From Eledone cirrhosa (lineage: Eukaryota), in contig OZ024758.1 of assembly GCA_964016885.1 (NCBI GenBank), positions 6,882,001-6,946,000 of the forward strand: DNA of 64,000 bases, written 5' to 3'. Both the position numbers and the translations under genes were made by a program. Positions 1 through 11,912 of the stretch are shown piece by piece. The stretch's first letter is position 1. The number at the start of each line of letters is the position of its first letter. The notes under the pieces were generated by a model. It made no database searches, was not told the DNA's origin, and saw only the letters and a list, made by a program, of their open reading frames with translations.

Positions 1-1072
1 AGGTTCGAATACAGCAGATTTCTTCCAGAGAAGGATAGAGAGAGTGAGAGAAAGGATGTGAGAAAAAGCTATGGAGGAAGAATCAAATGCAGTACTAGGC
101 TGGTACTTTTTTTATCAATCTTAAATGGATGAAAAGCAAAGCTGACCTCAGAAGGGTTTGAACTCAAAGAGCAGAGAGTTGGAATGAATACTGCAAAGCA
201 TTCTATCCGACGTTGTAACAACTCTGCCAATTCACTGCCTGCTTGTATACAAAGTGTGATATTACATGGCAGTGAGACACGGGCATTGATTTCAAAAGAT
301 AAACATATGCTAGAAAGAACTGCAGCAAATATGCTCCACTGGATATGTATGCTAATGTACAAGAACATGACACGTGAACTGAGTGAAAAACTGGGCATAA
401 AAAGAATCAGATTTAGTTGCTGGTACAGACATATAATCTAGAGATGATGACAGATAACTAAAGAAGTTCTAGAAGATCCAAATAAAAGGTAGATACAGAG
501 GAAGAAATAGGTGGGCAAAAGTAGTGAAAGTTGAACCAGATAGGTGGCAAAACTATGTTGGAGAGAACCTGTCCAACCCATGCATGAAAAGCAGATGTAA
601 AAATGATGATGTTGTATTTGTCTGTCTATAAAAGAATGTGTATTAATTCCGTTTAATTCAAGACACCAAGCATACATTCACACATGATTGGTTTCAGCCA
701 ACACAAATTTCTCTTCTAATGCAAATTTAAACAACAATGAATTCCATTCAACTATTTTTTTCCAGCCTGTAACATTTGAGATGTTTGGTGGAACTGAGCT
801 GCTGACAGCAAAGTTCTGGTCATCATTAGCAGTTCACCTTACCAAGGTGATGCATGTGAGGGTGCCTGGTTGTTTCAGCACCTTAGCCTCGCCATCACCC
901 GCAGTAATGCTGCAAGTATGTAGGTTTGCCTCAAAAAATTTCCGATGAAATTTGTGGTATATGACGGATTGATGGGGAGGACTTAGTGTTGAATTGATGG
1001 GGAGGATGGGGGAGGGTATTTTCACTTTGATTATTTTTGTGTATTAGATTTGTTTGTGCTTTTGTTGTGGCT

Positions 1073-1235
1073 TGGCAGTAACGGTAGAGCGTCAGACATG
1101 CTTTGCAGCATAGAGTTACGGCCTTTTATGATCTGAGTTCAAATCCCGCCAAGATTAACTTTGCCTTTCATCCTTACGGGGTCGATAAAATACACTGGGG
1201 TAATTGCTGGCCTTGAGCCAAAAGTAGAAATAATT
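1073..1235 (+). mobile_element. tRNA-derived SINE, family 1
   Basis: A-box-like TGGCAGTAACGG, B-box GAGTTCAAATCCC, core ttaactttgcctttcatccttacggggtcgataaaa, tail ggccttg...agtagaaa. More than 15 copies in the window. Confidence 0.85.
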
Positions 1236-1605
1236 ATATCTCTTTTTATACCCAAGATTTCTTCTCTACACTGACATTCTCCTTTCACCCACAGCTCCAA
1301 TAAAGAATGTATATTTTTCAATTCGATTTTACATTCCTACAAATTCTACTGGTCCCAAGTTCTTTAAAAACGTCTTTAAGAAACCCAGTTTCTAAACCTC
1401 TCCTCCCACCTGAATAACAGCTGATTACTTCCAGAGAAAGCGGAGAAGAGAGAGATGGGAAGAAGAAGAATCGATTCCAGTACTTGGTGCTTTCTTTATC
1501 GACATTGGAGAAATGAAAGGCTAACCTCGGTAGTATTTGAACTCTAAGTGAAGAAAGCTCTATAGAATACCGCAAGGCATTATATCAGATACACTAACAA
1601 CTTTT

Positions 1606-1649
<44 letters not shown>

Positions 1650-1698
1650 TACTTAGAATCTGTTCAAATAATATTTGATCTACGGTTATACATGTCTA

Positions 1699-1729
<31 letters not shown>

Positions 1730-1788
1730 GAGTCCCGAGTTCAATCGGGGGTAACCACAGTAAGGTACTCAATACATTAGTAGAGTGT

Positions 1789-1829
<41 letters not shown>

Positions 1830-1849
1830 CAGTTATAACAGTAACATAT

Positions 1850-1899
1850 ACAGGTACTTAAGTTTCGCTAGATCGTTTACCCCAACTTATTCAGCCTGT
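1850..1899 (-). ncRNA. Degenerate or variant type I hammerhead-ribozyme-like motif
   Basis: Minus strand reads ACAGG-CUGAAUAA-GUUGGG...UCUAGC-GAAAC-UUAA-GUA-CCUGU. Stem I ACAGG/CCUGU is perfect, stem II forms with GU pairs, stem III is palindromic (ACUUAAGU) and the cleavage triplet is GUA. The core deviates from CUGANGA. Confidence 0.5.
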
Positions 1900-2355
1900 C
1901 ATAATTAGAAAGAATGCCCTATATATATATTGCTAATACTATCTATCGGTCGCAACTTCAGGTAGAAGGAGCAACGTGAAATAAAGTGTCTTGCTCAAGG
2001 ACATAACGCATCACCCGGTCCAGGAATCGAACTCACAACCTCACGATTGAGAGTTCAATTCTCTTACCACTCAGCCACGCGCCTTCACAATATATATATA
2101 TATATAGTTTTTCCAAATTGAAGGATGAGTATTTAAACTTTATTTTATTCTGAGTTAGGGCTCTATTGATTTTTCCCTGGATTTCACAAAATTCTGTGGA
2201 TAAATCTATGTCTTGATTTATTTTTAATTGAGTTTGAATTATTTTCCCACATCTTACGTTAACTATTTTCCATTTTGACGTTATGAAATACTGTTGGCTT
2301 CACGCTCATAATAATTTCTATACTTTCATTTATATATTTATATATATATATATAT

Positions 2356-2496
2356 AACGAAGGAAATGTGGTAAGGAACCAGGTGGACCATAACGCACCA
2401 AAGGACTCAATACTTAGGGTAGTAGAGTGGGTAATAGGAACGAGTAGGACCCCGACGGCTGAGCTCAGGCCGTCGAAACGGGTCCTACTCGTTCCC
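2356..2496. mobile_element. (TA)n-embedded fold-back element, family A, copy 1
   Basis: ~80 bp body shared with 2681-2795, 11536-11699 and 37540-37743; terminal palindrome at 2437-2495; (TA)n on both sides. Confidence 0.8.
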
Positions 2497-2680
2497 ATAT
2501 ATATATATATATATATGTGGGGGGCGGGGCTTCCTGGTGATCTCTCCCGGATGAAACAGTTCTAGTCCTGTAGAAGTCATTTCTATATTAAATATTTATA
2601 CTCTATGTATTGAGTGCCTTACCGGGATAAACTTATATATATATATATATATTATATATGTATATATATATATATATATA

Positions 2681-2793
2681 GGAACGGGTAGGACCCCGGG
2701 GTCCTACTCGTTCCTATTACCCACTCTACTACCCTAAGTATTGAGTACTTTGGTGCGTTATGGTCCACCTGGTTCCTTACCACATTTCCTTCG

Positions 2794-2795
<2 letters not shown>
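2681..2795. mobile_element. (TA)n-embedded fold-back element, family A, copy 2 (inverted relative to copy 1)
   Basis: Same body; minimal 34-nt hairpin GGAACGGGTAGGACCCC-GGGGTCCTACTCGTTCC; (TA)n flanks. Confidence 0.8.
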
Positions 2796-2837
<42 letters not shown>

Positions 2838-3587
2838 CATGATCTGATCTGTTTAACTACTACACAAACTAAACTAAAAGGCTTCCAGCACAGGACTTGT
2901 TGAAGTCCTTGTTTACATCATGTAGACCTAAAACGAAGGTTAGACGACATTCTTAGTAGTATGTTATTTACTTCGTTTTCTACATTTTGTTTATTTGTGT
3001 TAAATTAACTCCCCTCATCTATGGAGACGGATTGATCTGTCATTTCAAACCCCCCTATTGATTTTTCTCGATATAGTATCTATTTTAAGGCAGTGTATTT
3101 TTATTTGACTGTGTAAAAATTTTCACATAATCAAATAAAACATTATGTGAAAATTTGAGAGCAAAACAAAAACGAAAAATGATCTCTTAAGAAAAGAATG
3201 GCATTTCTTTCCGGTAGAATGTATATTTTGAATGTACATATCACACTTCTAATTAAAGAGATAGCTTCATCAAATATGAAGTTATTATATGTTAAATTAA
3301 AATAAATATTTTCCGCGATGAATAAAATTACTCTCGATGTTTGTGTTCAATTTATCCACACGAAAGCAGTTTTAAATGTAAATATAAATTCGTTCAATCC
3401 ACCATTCAAACCTGAATTTAACCTACTCCAGTTATATAGGCCTAGTATATAAGTATTGTTATACCTTATATATAAATACCTTACTCATGCTCATAATGTT
3501 ATAAAATTAATTATTTTCTCAGGTGTTGATTTCATTAGCTTTTCATGAGAAATAAACGTTAAGTAAATATGAAAAATGTAATCCTAC

Positions 3588-3694
3588 CTCAACCCTCGCC
3601 GTTCTGTTGTTGACATTCCATGACTTGATATTATGTATAATACAGGAAGCAACAGAAGACATTTAAACGGAACATGATCAGTAAAAAATGTCAT
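3588..3694 (-). CDS. Putative first coding exon of a secreted or membrane protein: MTFFTDHVPFKCLLLLPVLYIISSHGMSTTERRGL + AG (phase 2)
   Basis: ATG at 3694, 107 nt open, ends at donor GAG|GTAGGA. Hydrophobic core CLLLLPVLYII is followed by S-H-G, a plausible signal peptidase site. Lies in non-repetitive sequence; no homologue recognised. Confidence 0.5.
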
Positions 3695-3809
3695 TTCTTA
3701 ATGATTATGTTTTTCTCCCTTCTTTTTCTTACTTTTCTTTAGTCGAAGTAGAAAAGGAAGAGACAGAAGCAATGTATTAACAATTAAATTGTTTTTAATT
3801 TACATTAGG

Positions 3810-3900
3810 AAAACTTCTGCTGCCACGTCTGCCATGATGAATAGCGTTCTCGCGTGATTACAACCTAACGCTATTTTGATTCAAAGACACGTGTTTACAA
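3810..3900. promoter_or_regulatory. Candidate promoter of the minus-strand gene
   Basis: Unique, locally CpG-containing stretch ~120-200 bp upstream of the 3694 ATG, with GCCACGTC, TCTCGCGTGA and a CACGTG E-box. Motif-level evidence only. Confidence 0.3.
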
Positions 3901-3977
3901 CATTAAAGAAAAGAAGAAGAATTCTGAGATTGTTTAGATTTTTATTATAGGTCACATACTTTCATCCTCACGGAGTC

Positions 3978-4785
3978 GATAAATTAAAGTACCAGTAACA
4001 CACTGGCGTCGACTTTCCCCTGCCCCAAAATTGCTGGTCTTGTGCCTTAATCAGAAATGAGTATAGTCCACATAAAGTGTGGATAAATTAAAGTACCAGT
4101 AACACACTGGCGTCGACTTGCCCCGCCCCCAAAATTGCTAGCCCTGTGCCTTAATCAGAAATGAGTATAGTCCACATAAAGTGTGGATAAATTAAAGTAC
4201 CAGTAACACACTGGCGTCGACTTGCCCCGCCCCCAAAATTGCTAGCCCTGTGCCTTAATCAGAAATGAGTATAGTCCACATAAAGTGTGGATAAATTAAA
4301 GTACCAGTAACACACTGGCGTCGACTTGCCCCGCCCCCAAAATTGCTAGCCCTGTGCCTTAATCAGAAATGAGTATAGTCCACATAAAGTGTGGATAAAT
4401 TAAAGTACCAGTAACACACTGGCGTCGACTTGCCCCGCCCCCAAAATTGCTAGCCCTGTGCCTTAATCAGAAATGAGTATAGTCCACATAAAGTGTGGAT
4501 AAATTAAAGTACCAGTAACACACTGGCGTCGACTTGCCCCGCCCCCAAAATTGCTAGCCCTGTGCCTTAATCAGAAATGAGTATAGTCCACATAAAGTGT
4601 GGATAAATTAAAGTACCAGTAACACACTGGCGTCGACTTGCCCCGCCCCCAAAATTGCTAGCCCTGTGCCTTAATCAGAAATGAGTATAGTCCACATAAA
4701 GTGTGGATAAATTAAAGTACCAGTAACACACTGGTGTCAATTTTCCCCTCCCCAAAATTGCTGGTCTTGTGCCTTAATCAGAAAT
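3978..4785 (+). repeat. 104-bp tandem repeat, ~7.8 copies, derived from a SINE family 1 tail
   Basis: Unit starts at 3978, 4082, 4186 ... 4706; internal copies are identical and terminal copies are closer to the SINE. Confidence 0.95.
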
Positions 4786-5170
4786 CTTTATATATACTGT
4801 ACCACATAATTGCTTTATACTGTACTTTCGGTAAATGTTTTTGTAAAACCTACAAAGCGGCTGAAAAGTTGATAGGCTGACCAAGATGCTCTCATGGAAT
4901 GACCAAATGAGGTTTATTTTTCAACATAGTCCCTGGAAAAAAAAACAATGCCGTTATTAATAAGAAGAGTTGAAATTACTGCGTACAAGATTTCACAGCT
5001 CTAGCATCACACTTTCATAATTAACCTATAACTTTTCAGCTTTCGCCCACTCCCGACTGCCGTATCTATTTTGACATGTTTATTAATGTTTAAAAAATTC
5101 TATCATTCTCTTTTCTTATTTGACAAGTGTAATAGTAACTCAGGCAGAATACCAAACCTATTGGACAAAT

Positions 5171-5555
5171 AATTGTTTCTGCTTTTGGCACAAGGCCAGC
5201 AATTACCCAGTACATTACTGGTACTTTATTTTATCGACCCCGTAACGATGAAAGGTAAAGTTAACCTCAGCGGGATTTGAACTCAGAACATGAAGGACCA
5301 TAACTCTATGTTGCAAAGCATGATGTCTGACGCTCTACCAATTCTGCCAATCAACCACCCAGGGGTATAATAATTGTTTCTACTTTTGGCACAAGGCCAG
5401 CAATTACCCCAGTGCATTACTGGTACTTTATTTAATCCACCCCCGTAAGGACGAAAGGCAAAGTTAACCTCGGCAGGATTTGAACTCAGATCATAAAGGG
5501 AAGTAACTCTATGCTTCAAAGCATGGCGTCCGGCCCTCTACCGATACTGCCAATC
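5171..5555 (-). mobile_element. Two tandem SINE family 1 copies
   Basis: Two head-to-tail reverse-complement copies (~5171-5355 and ~5371-5555). Confidence 0.85.
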
Positions 5556-5734
5556 ATAATAATATTGAATTGCTAGTAATGTTTGTAATTAACCATGGAC
5601 TGGACGTGTTAAAGAACTATGTATATTGGTATGAAACGAATTGTTACCTCTTGGGTAGATTAAATAATTGAATATTTCATTTGTTACTGTTCAAATGAGA
5701 CTTCAAAAGTAACTAGTAGTGACTTCTCTTGAAA

Positions 5735-5975
5735 GTGGACAAAATTTGTTATCAAGTACATACAGAAAAAGGGTTTAACCCCCACCACCAGCACAAATGA
5801 CATTCATGCTGCCATAGTTGCTACATTAGGGGATGATGTTCCAGGTGTATAAAGTGCAAAAGTGAGCTGCTGAGTTTAGGAGAAGAAGCGAGAATCCAGA
5901 ACATGACCTAAGGTCTGAATGTCCTGCAATTGTCACCACCAAGGAAAACATTGATTGTGTTCACCACATTATGAA
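5735..5975 (+). pseudogene. Decayed mariner transposase N-terminal HTH fragment
   Basis: Translates across frameshifts to VIKYIQKKGLTP...DIHAAIVATLGDDVP...AAEFRR...RSECPAIVTTKENIDCVHHIM, matching the mariner HTH region pattern. Confidence 0.75.
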
Positions 5976-6004
5976 ACACTTCTGTGTTATCAAATATACA
6001 TTCA

Positions 6005-6238
6005 TTAACCCTTTAGCATTTAAACTGGACATATCCAGCTAAAATTCTCTCACGTCTTTCTGTTCAAACCGGTCATAATAGGCCACTCGTACCAATGTAT
6101 TGTTCTCAAAATGAATAATATCAAAATCTCATAGATTTAATATTATGTGAGATAAAAATTTAATATTATGTGAAATAAAGCCTTTTTCTGTAAAAATACA
6201 ATAGTAAATACACAGTAATGTAAATGCTAAATGGTTAA
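6005..6238. mobile_element. TTAA-flanked (piggyBac-type) MITE (others ~7748-7932, 16946-17149, 24135-24550, 40915-41143, 45073-45295, 47640-47832)
   Basis: TTAA-ccctttagcattta ... taaatgctaaa(g)gg-TTAA terminal inverted repeats. Confidence 0.85.
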
Positions 6239-8613
6239 ACACTTTTGTTCTTTCAATCATCATCATCATCATCACTGTGAAATGGCTATTTTCCTTTTGA
6301 GAGTTAGATAGGTTGTCATCACACTGAGGCTAGACAGGTGAGATGGCCATATTTTGCTAATATTTTCTGTTTCTGAAGGCTCTGCCCCCACGATCCTCTC
6401 AGAAATAAGTGGGCGAAGAAGAAGGGGATTTATAAATGAAACAATTGGTTTCTACAGATTTTTGTCCTTCCTAACACCTTACAGCATGTACAATGACCAT
6501 TTTATTGTGACCCTAGCACTACCACCTTACAGGGTGGACTGGGTGATTTTTGTTATGGCACCAACACTATCATTTTACAGAATGGACTGGGTGCTTTTTG
6601 TCATGGCACCAGTACTACCACTTTACAGCATGGACCGGATGTGTATTTGTGGTACCAGCTCTGGGATGACATTGATGGAAGTGGAGAGGGATATATATAT
6701 GTGTGTGTATATATATGTGTATACAAACATATATAACTGACAGCAATGAATATGTTTGAAATAATGTAACATACCAGCAGCTTTAGAAATTCATTATCTA
6801 TTTTTGAAATCAGGTTAGTTTTGTTTTACTGGCACCCTAACTGTGTGTCCACAGAAAAGGGTAGACATTAAAAGTATTAACAATCCCCATTAGTTTTCTT
6901 CTACGGGGTCGATAAAACGATAAAATAAAGTACCAGTAATGTACTGGTAAATTGCTGGACTTGTGCCAATAGTTGAAACAATTATATTTCTTCATCTTCT
7001 TCTTCGCCCACTTACTCCTGAGAGGGTTGTAGGACAGAGTCCTCAAACACTTCTTCTAGTGGGTCCTATTAGAAGCCCTGTCTCCCCAAATGAGACCAGC
7101 TAAGCTCATGGATGTTATCCAACCATCTTGCTTGGGGGTCTATCCATGGGTCCCCTGCTGGGTTGTTTTGCTCATTAAATCCATCCAGCGATTCTTTCCT
7201 GAAACATTCTAACTACAGTCCATAGTATCAGAGCTGTGACCTCTCAATTCGGAGAAGTAGCTGCTCTACCTAGAGTGACTCTCTGATCTTCAAGCTACAC
7301 ACTTTATCAAGTAATGTTACTCCAAAGACCCTTCAGAGGAAACCCATTCTTGTATAACAATAAAAATATGGAGATATTATTTTAACAACAAAAATTTTCA
7401 AAATATTTTAACAATAAAAATATTAAAATATTTCAACACTGAAAATAGGAAAATATTTTGACAATGAAAAATTTTAAATATTTCAACAATATAAAAGAAA
7501 AATACTTTGACAATGAAAATATTTAAAAAACAGAAGCATATATTATTTTTTATGTCACCTTCACATTTCCATAATAAAAGTATTTAGAACTTCGATTATT
7601 TCTGTGTTATCCTTCCATACTTAAGATTCATGACTGTCAGTATTGACATGAGACCCAGTGTTCACCCATTTGTACCAATCAATAAATGACAACATTCAAA
7701 AGACATAACTTCATAACTCTGTCATTATCCTACATAAATTTCTTCCTTTAACCCTTTAGCAATCAAACTGGCTGTAACTGGCTACTCATACTTATATTAA
7801 GGTATTGTTCTCAAAATAAATAACATCAAGATCTCATAGATTCGATATTATGTGGGATAATTATGTGAGGTAAAGCCTTTACCATGAAAATATAATAGTA
7901 AATATAGAATAATGTAAATGGTAAAGGGTTAATAAACTTTATCAGTTGTAAGTTTTAATAATCATCACCATCATCATCATCATCATCATCATCACCACCA
8001 TCATCATCATCGTCTTGGCGTTAGGAAGTTCATAGGCTCACTATGAAGGAGTGATGTTAGAGCTGTGAAATCTTACATGCATTAATTTCAACAATCTGAA
8101 AAATTAATAAGCAGGGAGGGACGATTATTCAAGACCCAAAGTACTTTTTATTGAAATGGCATTTCTTTTTAAATCTTTTATATTACTTATTTTTGTAGCG
8201 CCCTGCCTAGTGGTAAGGGTGTTGATCATATTGTCATGGGTGGGATTCCTGGACTGGGTTCTGTGTTGTGTTCTTGAGCAAAACACTTCATTTCATGTGC
8301 TCCAGTATACTCAGCTGAAAATGAGTACCAACAATACCTGGGAGTTTAACCCTGTGATGGACTGATGTCCTGTCCAGGAGGGAGCCTCGTACTCTCAGTC
8401 ACTTCACACCATGGAAACCAGAATAAGTACCACCTGGTGGGCCTCCGGGCTTGAGACAGACTTTAGATTTTTAGATTACAAGTCTACATCAAATTAAAGG
8501 TAAGAAATTGACAGAGTCATTAAAACATCAAATAGAATGCTTTGTGGTATTCGTTTTGGCTCTAGATGAAAGAGTAGGGAACCTTTTATGTTGAAAGACT
8601 GCATTAAGGAACT

Positions 8614-9081
8614 TACAAGGTGACCCAAAAGTTGTGTTACAAAGGTTAAACAATGTATTTCAGCCAAATCTGAACCAATTTACTTGAAAACTTGCACACT
8701 AGTTTTTAACATTTTCAGCAATGATTATTCAATAAATCCACCTTGTTTCTTTATTACAGCCTTAAGTCTACCAAGCACTGCTTCAACAGTAGTACTACCA
8801 ATAACAGCAGCACTACCAACAACAGTAGCACAACCAACAACAGCAGCACTACCAATAACAGCCTTAAGTCTACCAGGCACTGCTTCAACAGCAATATGTA
8901 AGACCTCTAATGGTATTTTATGCCATTCATGCTGCAGAGACCTTTTCAAAGCTGCTACTGAATGATGAGATTTAGCACAAGCATTGGTCTCCAAGATGGA
9001 CCAAATGCTAAAGTCCATTGGGCTTAGGTCTGGGCTTGAGAGGCCATTTTTCCTTGGACAAGAAATCTGGGATATAGGCAC
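8614..9081 (-). mobile_element. Tc1/mariner-superfamily (maT/DD37D-like) transposon 3' end with transposase C-terminus
   Basis: ORF 8725-9081 contains SSPDLSPMDFSIWSILE...LKAVIKKQGGFIE (SPDLxPxD motif); TA-CAAGGTG terminus at 8614; short internal duplication. Confidence 0.8.
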
Positions 9082-11258
9082 AATGGTTAAAGAGACAGAT
9101 CGAGATTGGTGAGCCAGACTAAGGCATCATTTCTAGTATTATGGATTGCCTCTAGGGCACCAGGAAAACGTCTGAGGGGGCAAAACCGAACAACATAAAG
9201 CACTGTCTGGTCAGGGTCCCCACCGTCATATCTTGAGCTGTCTTTCATTTTCCATTGATGGAGATGATGGGCTGTCCTGGCATGTGTTGTGCAGATCTTA
9301 TTAAGAGACACTCATTGCTTTCTAGGAAACAAGACTGGCAACATCATAAACCCAGTGTAGCCTAGTGGTAAGGGTGTTGGACTTACGATCATATTGTCGT
9401 GGGTTCGATGTCCGGGGGTTGGTGGAAAGACACCAGATTCATCTTAACCTTTACCCTAGGATGAGAGATAGTTGCCTCAGATGGGAGTCACTGTCAGCAA
9501 CCCCTTGCTACTTCTCACATCCTACATGCTATGATAAATGTAGCCTAACGGAATAAAATTATCAGAAAATTACTTTGTTTTCAGAGATGTTTAGGGTAGC
9601 CAGGCCGCTGTTAACAAGGTTGTTGGTGGTTTGCCAAGATGATGTATCAGGTGTTACCCTTGAAGATGCTTGGCTATTTCAGAACTTAAGCCCCACTCTC
9701 ATCGCAGAAATGTTATGAGTGTCTTGGTTTGTATCAAAATGTTTTAAAGGGAAACACCAGCGTTTCCTGATGTAGCATAACATTGATCATGCACGTCGTC
9801 ATTTATTTTTCTTTTTTTTTTTTAATTGTTTCATTTATAAATCACCTTCTTCTTTGCCCACTTATTTCTGAGAGGATCGTGGGGGAAGAGCCTTCAAACA
9901 CTCATTCCAGCAGGTCCTGTCACCAACTGATTTGACTGAATCCCCAAGTCAGACCATCCAAGCTCATGGAAGTTATCTAACCATTTTGCACGAGGTCTAC
10001 ACCTGGGATTCTTACCGGTTGGTTTTGCCCTTAAAATCTGTCCAACGATTCTTTCCTGATACATTCTAACCACAAGCCCATAGTATCAGAGCTATGATCT
10101 CTCAATTTGGAGAAGGAGCTTCTCCACCTGAAGAGACTCTGATCTCTGAACTACGCACTTTATCGAGTAACGTTACTCCAAAGACCCTTCAAAGGAACCC
10201 CATTTCAGCTACTTGTATTCACGATCAAATTAATTACATAAATTGTTTTTAAATGTTAAAAGAAAAAAGAAAGATAACTAAACAATAAAGTAGTAGTATT
10301 TTCAGTCACTTATCTTTCACTACATGGCTGATACACGATGACAAATATAGTTTATATAACGAACCATGAGAAAAAAAAAAAAACACGTTTTATTTAATAT
10401 TCAATAAAAACAACGAAAACAATAGTCATTTATTGACGTTTTCCTGTGACTTTTTCCCTGTATTTGTCTATAAATGAGTCGTTATATGGAAGCACCAATA
10501 TTTCGGAGTCCTTGAATGTTTTCTTATTAACCCCACTTCCCAAGCAGAGCTAAAATGAAGGATTTCTAAGGGCAAATCGTTTTGTTATTTCCTGTTTGTG
10601 GTGTGTCTGTGTCATCCAAACAGAAGAAATATCCTAAAACTTAAAGGATAGGGTCAGGTTTCCATTCCTCGTTGAAGATATTTCTATAAATTTGGAAAAT
10701 AATGAACATCACAACATCCCAAGTTCTCCACAGTTTTTGAAATACCTTTTATTTTTGTAAAAATAACGAAAACAAACAATATTGTATTTAATTAAAATTT
10801 TTTTATAATCGATTAAGTAGATGAAAGCTTTAGTTAGAAAACTTTTTAATGGTACAAGATGTTCTTAAATATGACTACGAAATAGTTTTGTAAACTAAAT
10901 TTATAAATGCAGGAAAAAATAATAAAGAGGAGGCATGACCATTTTCCATTTAACATGTATTTCTTTTTATACTAGCTTTTTAGATATCGTAACTAAAACT
11001 TAATGTTTATTTTTGGAACCATATATATATATATATATATATAGCATTTTTAATATATAAGATTAAATTAAATTAAACATATAATCAATAATTAATTAAT
11101 TATTGCTAGAGGAAACCTTATAAATATAATACACAGCGAAAGAACGATATATATATATATATAGTGTCCGAAACGCTAAGACTCTTTTGCAATTATTTCA
11201 AGCGTTAAACTAATATATTTCCTCATTGTACTGTGTCATTTGCTTTCTTATTTCTATT

Positions 11259-11378
<120 letters not shown>

Positions 11379-11403
11379 TTATATACATATATATATATAT
11401 ATT

Positions 11404-11441
<38 letters not shown>

Positions 11442-11470
11442 CATATATATATATATATACATATTTATAT

Positions 11471-11535
<65 letters not shown>

Positions 11536-11537
<2 letters not shown>

Positions 11538-11697
11538 AACCAGTAAGACCCCGACGGCTAATTCTGGAATTAGCCGTCGAAACGGCTTGAACTCAGCCGT
11601 CGGGGTCTTACTGGTTCCTATTACCCACTCTACTACCCCAAGTATTGAGTACTTTGGTGCATTATGGTCCACCTGGTTCCTTACCACATTTCCTTCG

Positions 11698-11699
<2 letters not shown>
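11536..11699. mobile_element. (TA)n-embedded fold-back element, family A, copy 3
   Basis: Same body; 83-nt branched palindrome at 11536-11618; long (TA)n flanks. Confidence 0.8.
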
Positions 11700-11740
<41 letters not shown>

Positions 11741-11799
11741 CATATGTGTGTGTGTGTAATATATATATATATTTATATACATATATGTGTGTGTGTGTA

Positions 11800-11832
<33 letters not shown>

Positions 11833-11855
11833 CATATATGTGTGTGTAATATATA

Positions 11856-11912
<57 letters not shown>

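Noticed and set aside
1073-1150. tRNA genes at A-box/B-box motifs
   Set aside because: No cloverleaf; each continues into the same SINE body, so they are SINE heads.
2368-2565. Recurrent peptide [25 protein letters not shown] as a small gene family
   Set aside because: It is the translation of the family A repeat body, has a non-ATG start and runs into (TA)n; there is no coding evidence.
3834-3927. Box C/D snoRNA (ATGATGA ... CTGA)
   Set aside because: No terminal stem, no clear C'/D' boxes and no recognisable rRNA guide.
8475-8499. 25-nt micro-exon (ttttAG...AAG|GTAAGA) in frame with the 9586 ORF
   Set aside because: The donor lies in the decayed head of an old SINE and the acceptor abuts another SINE tail; likely chance.
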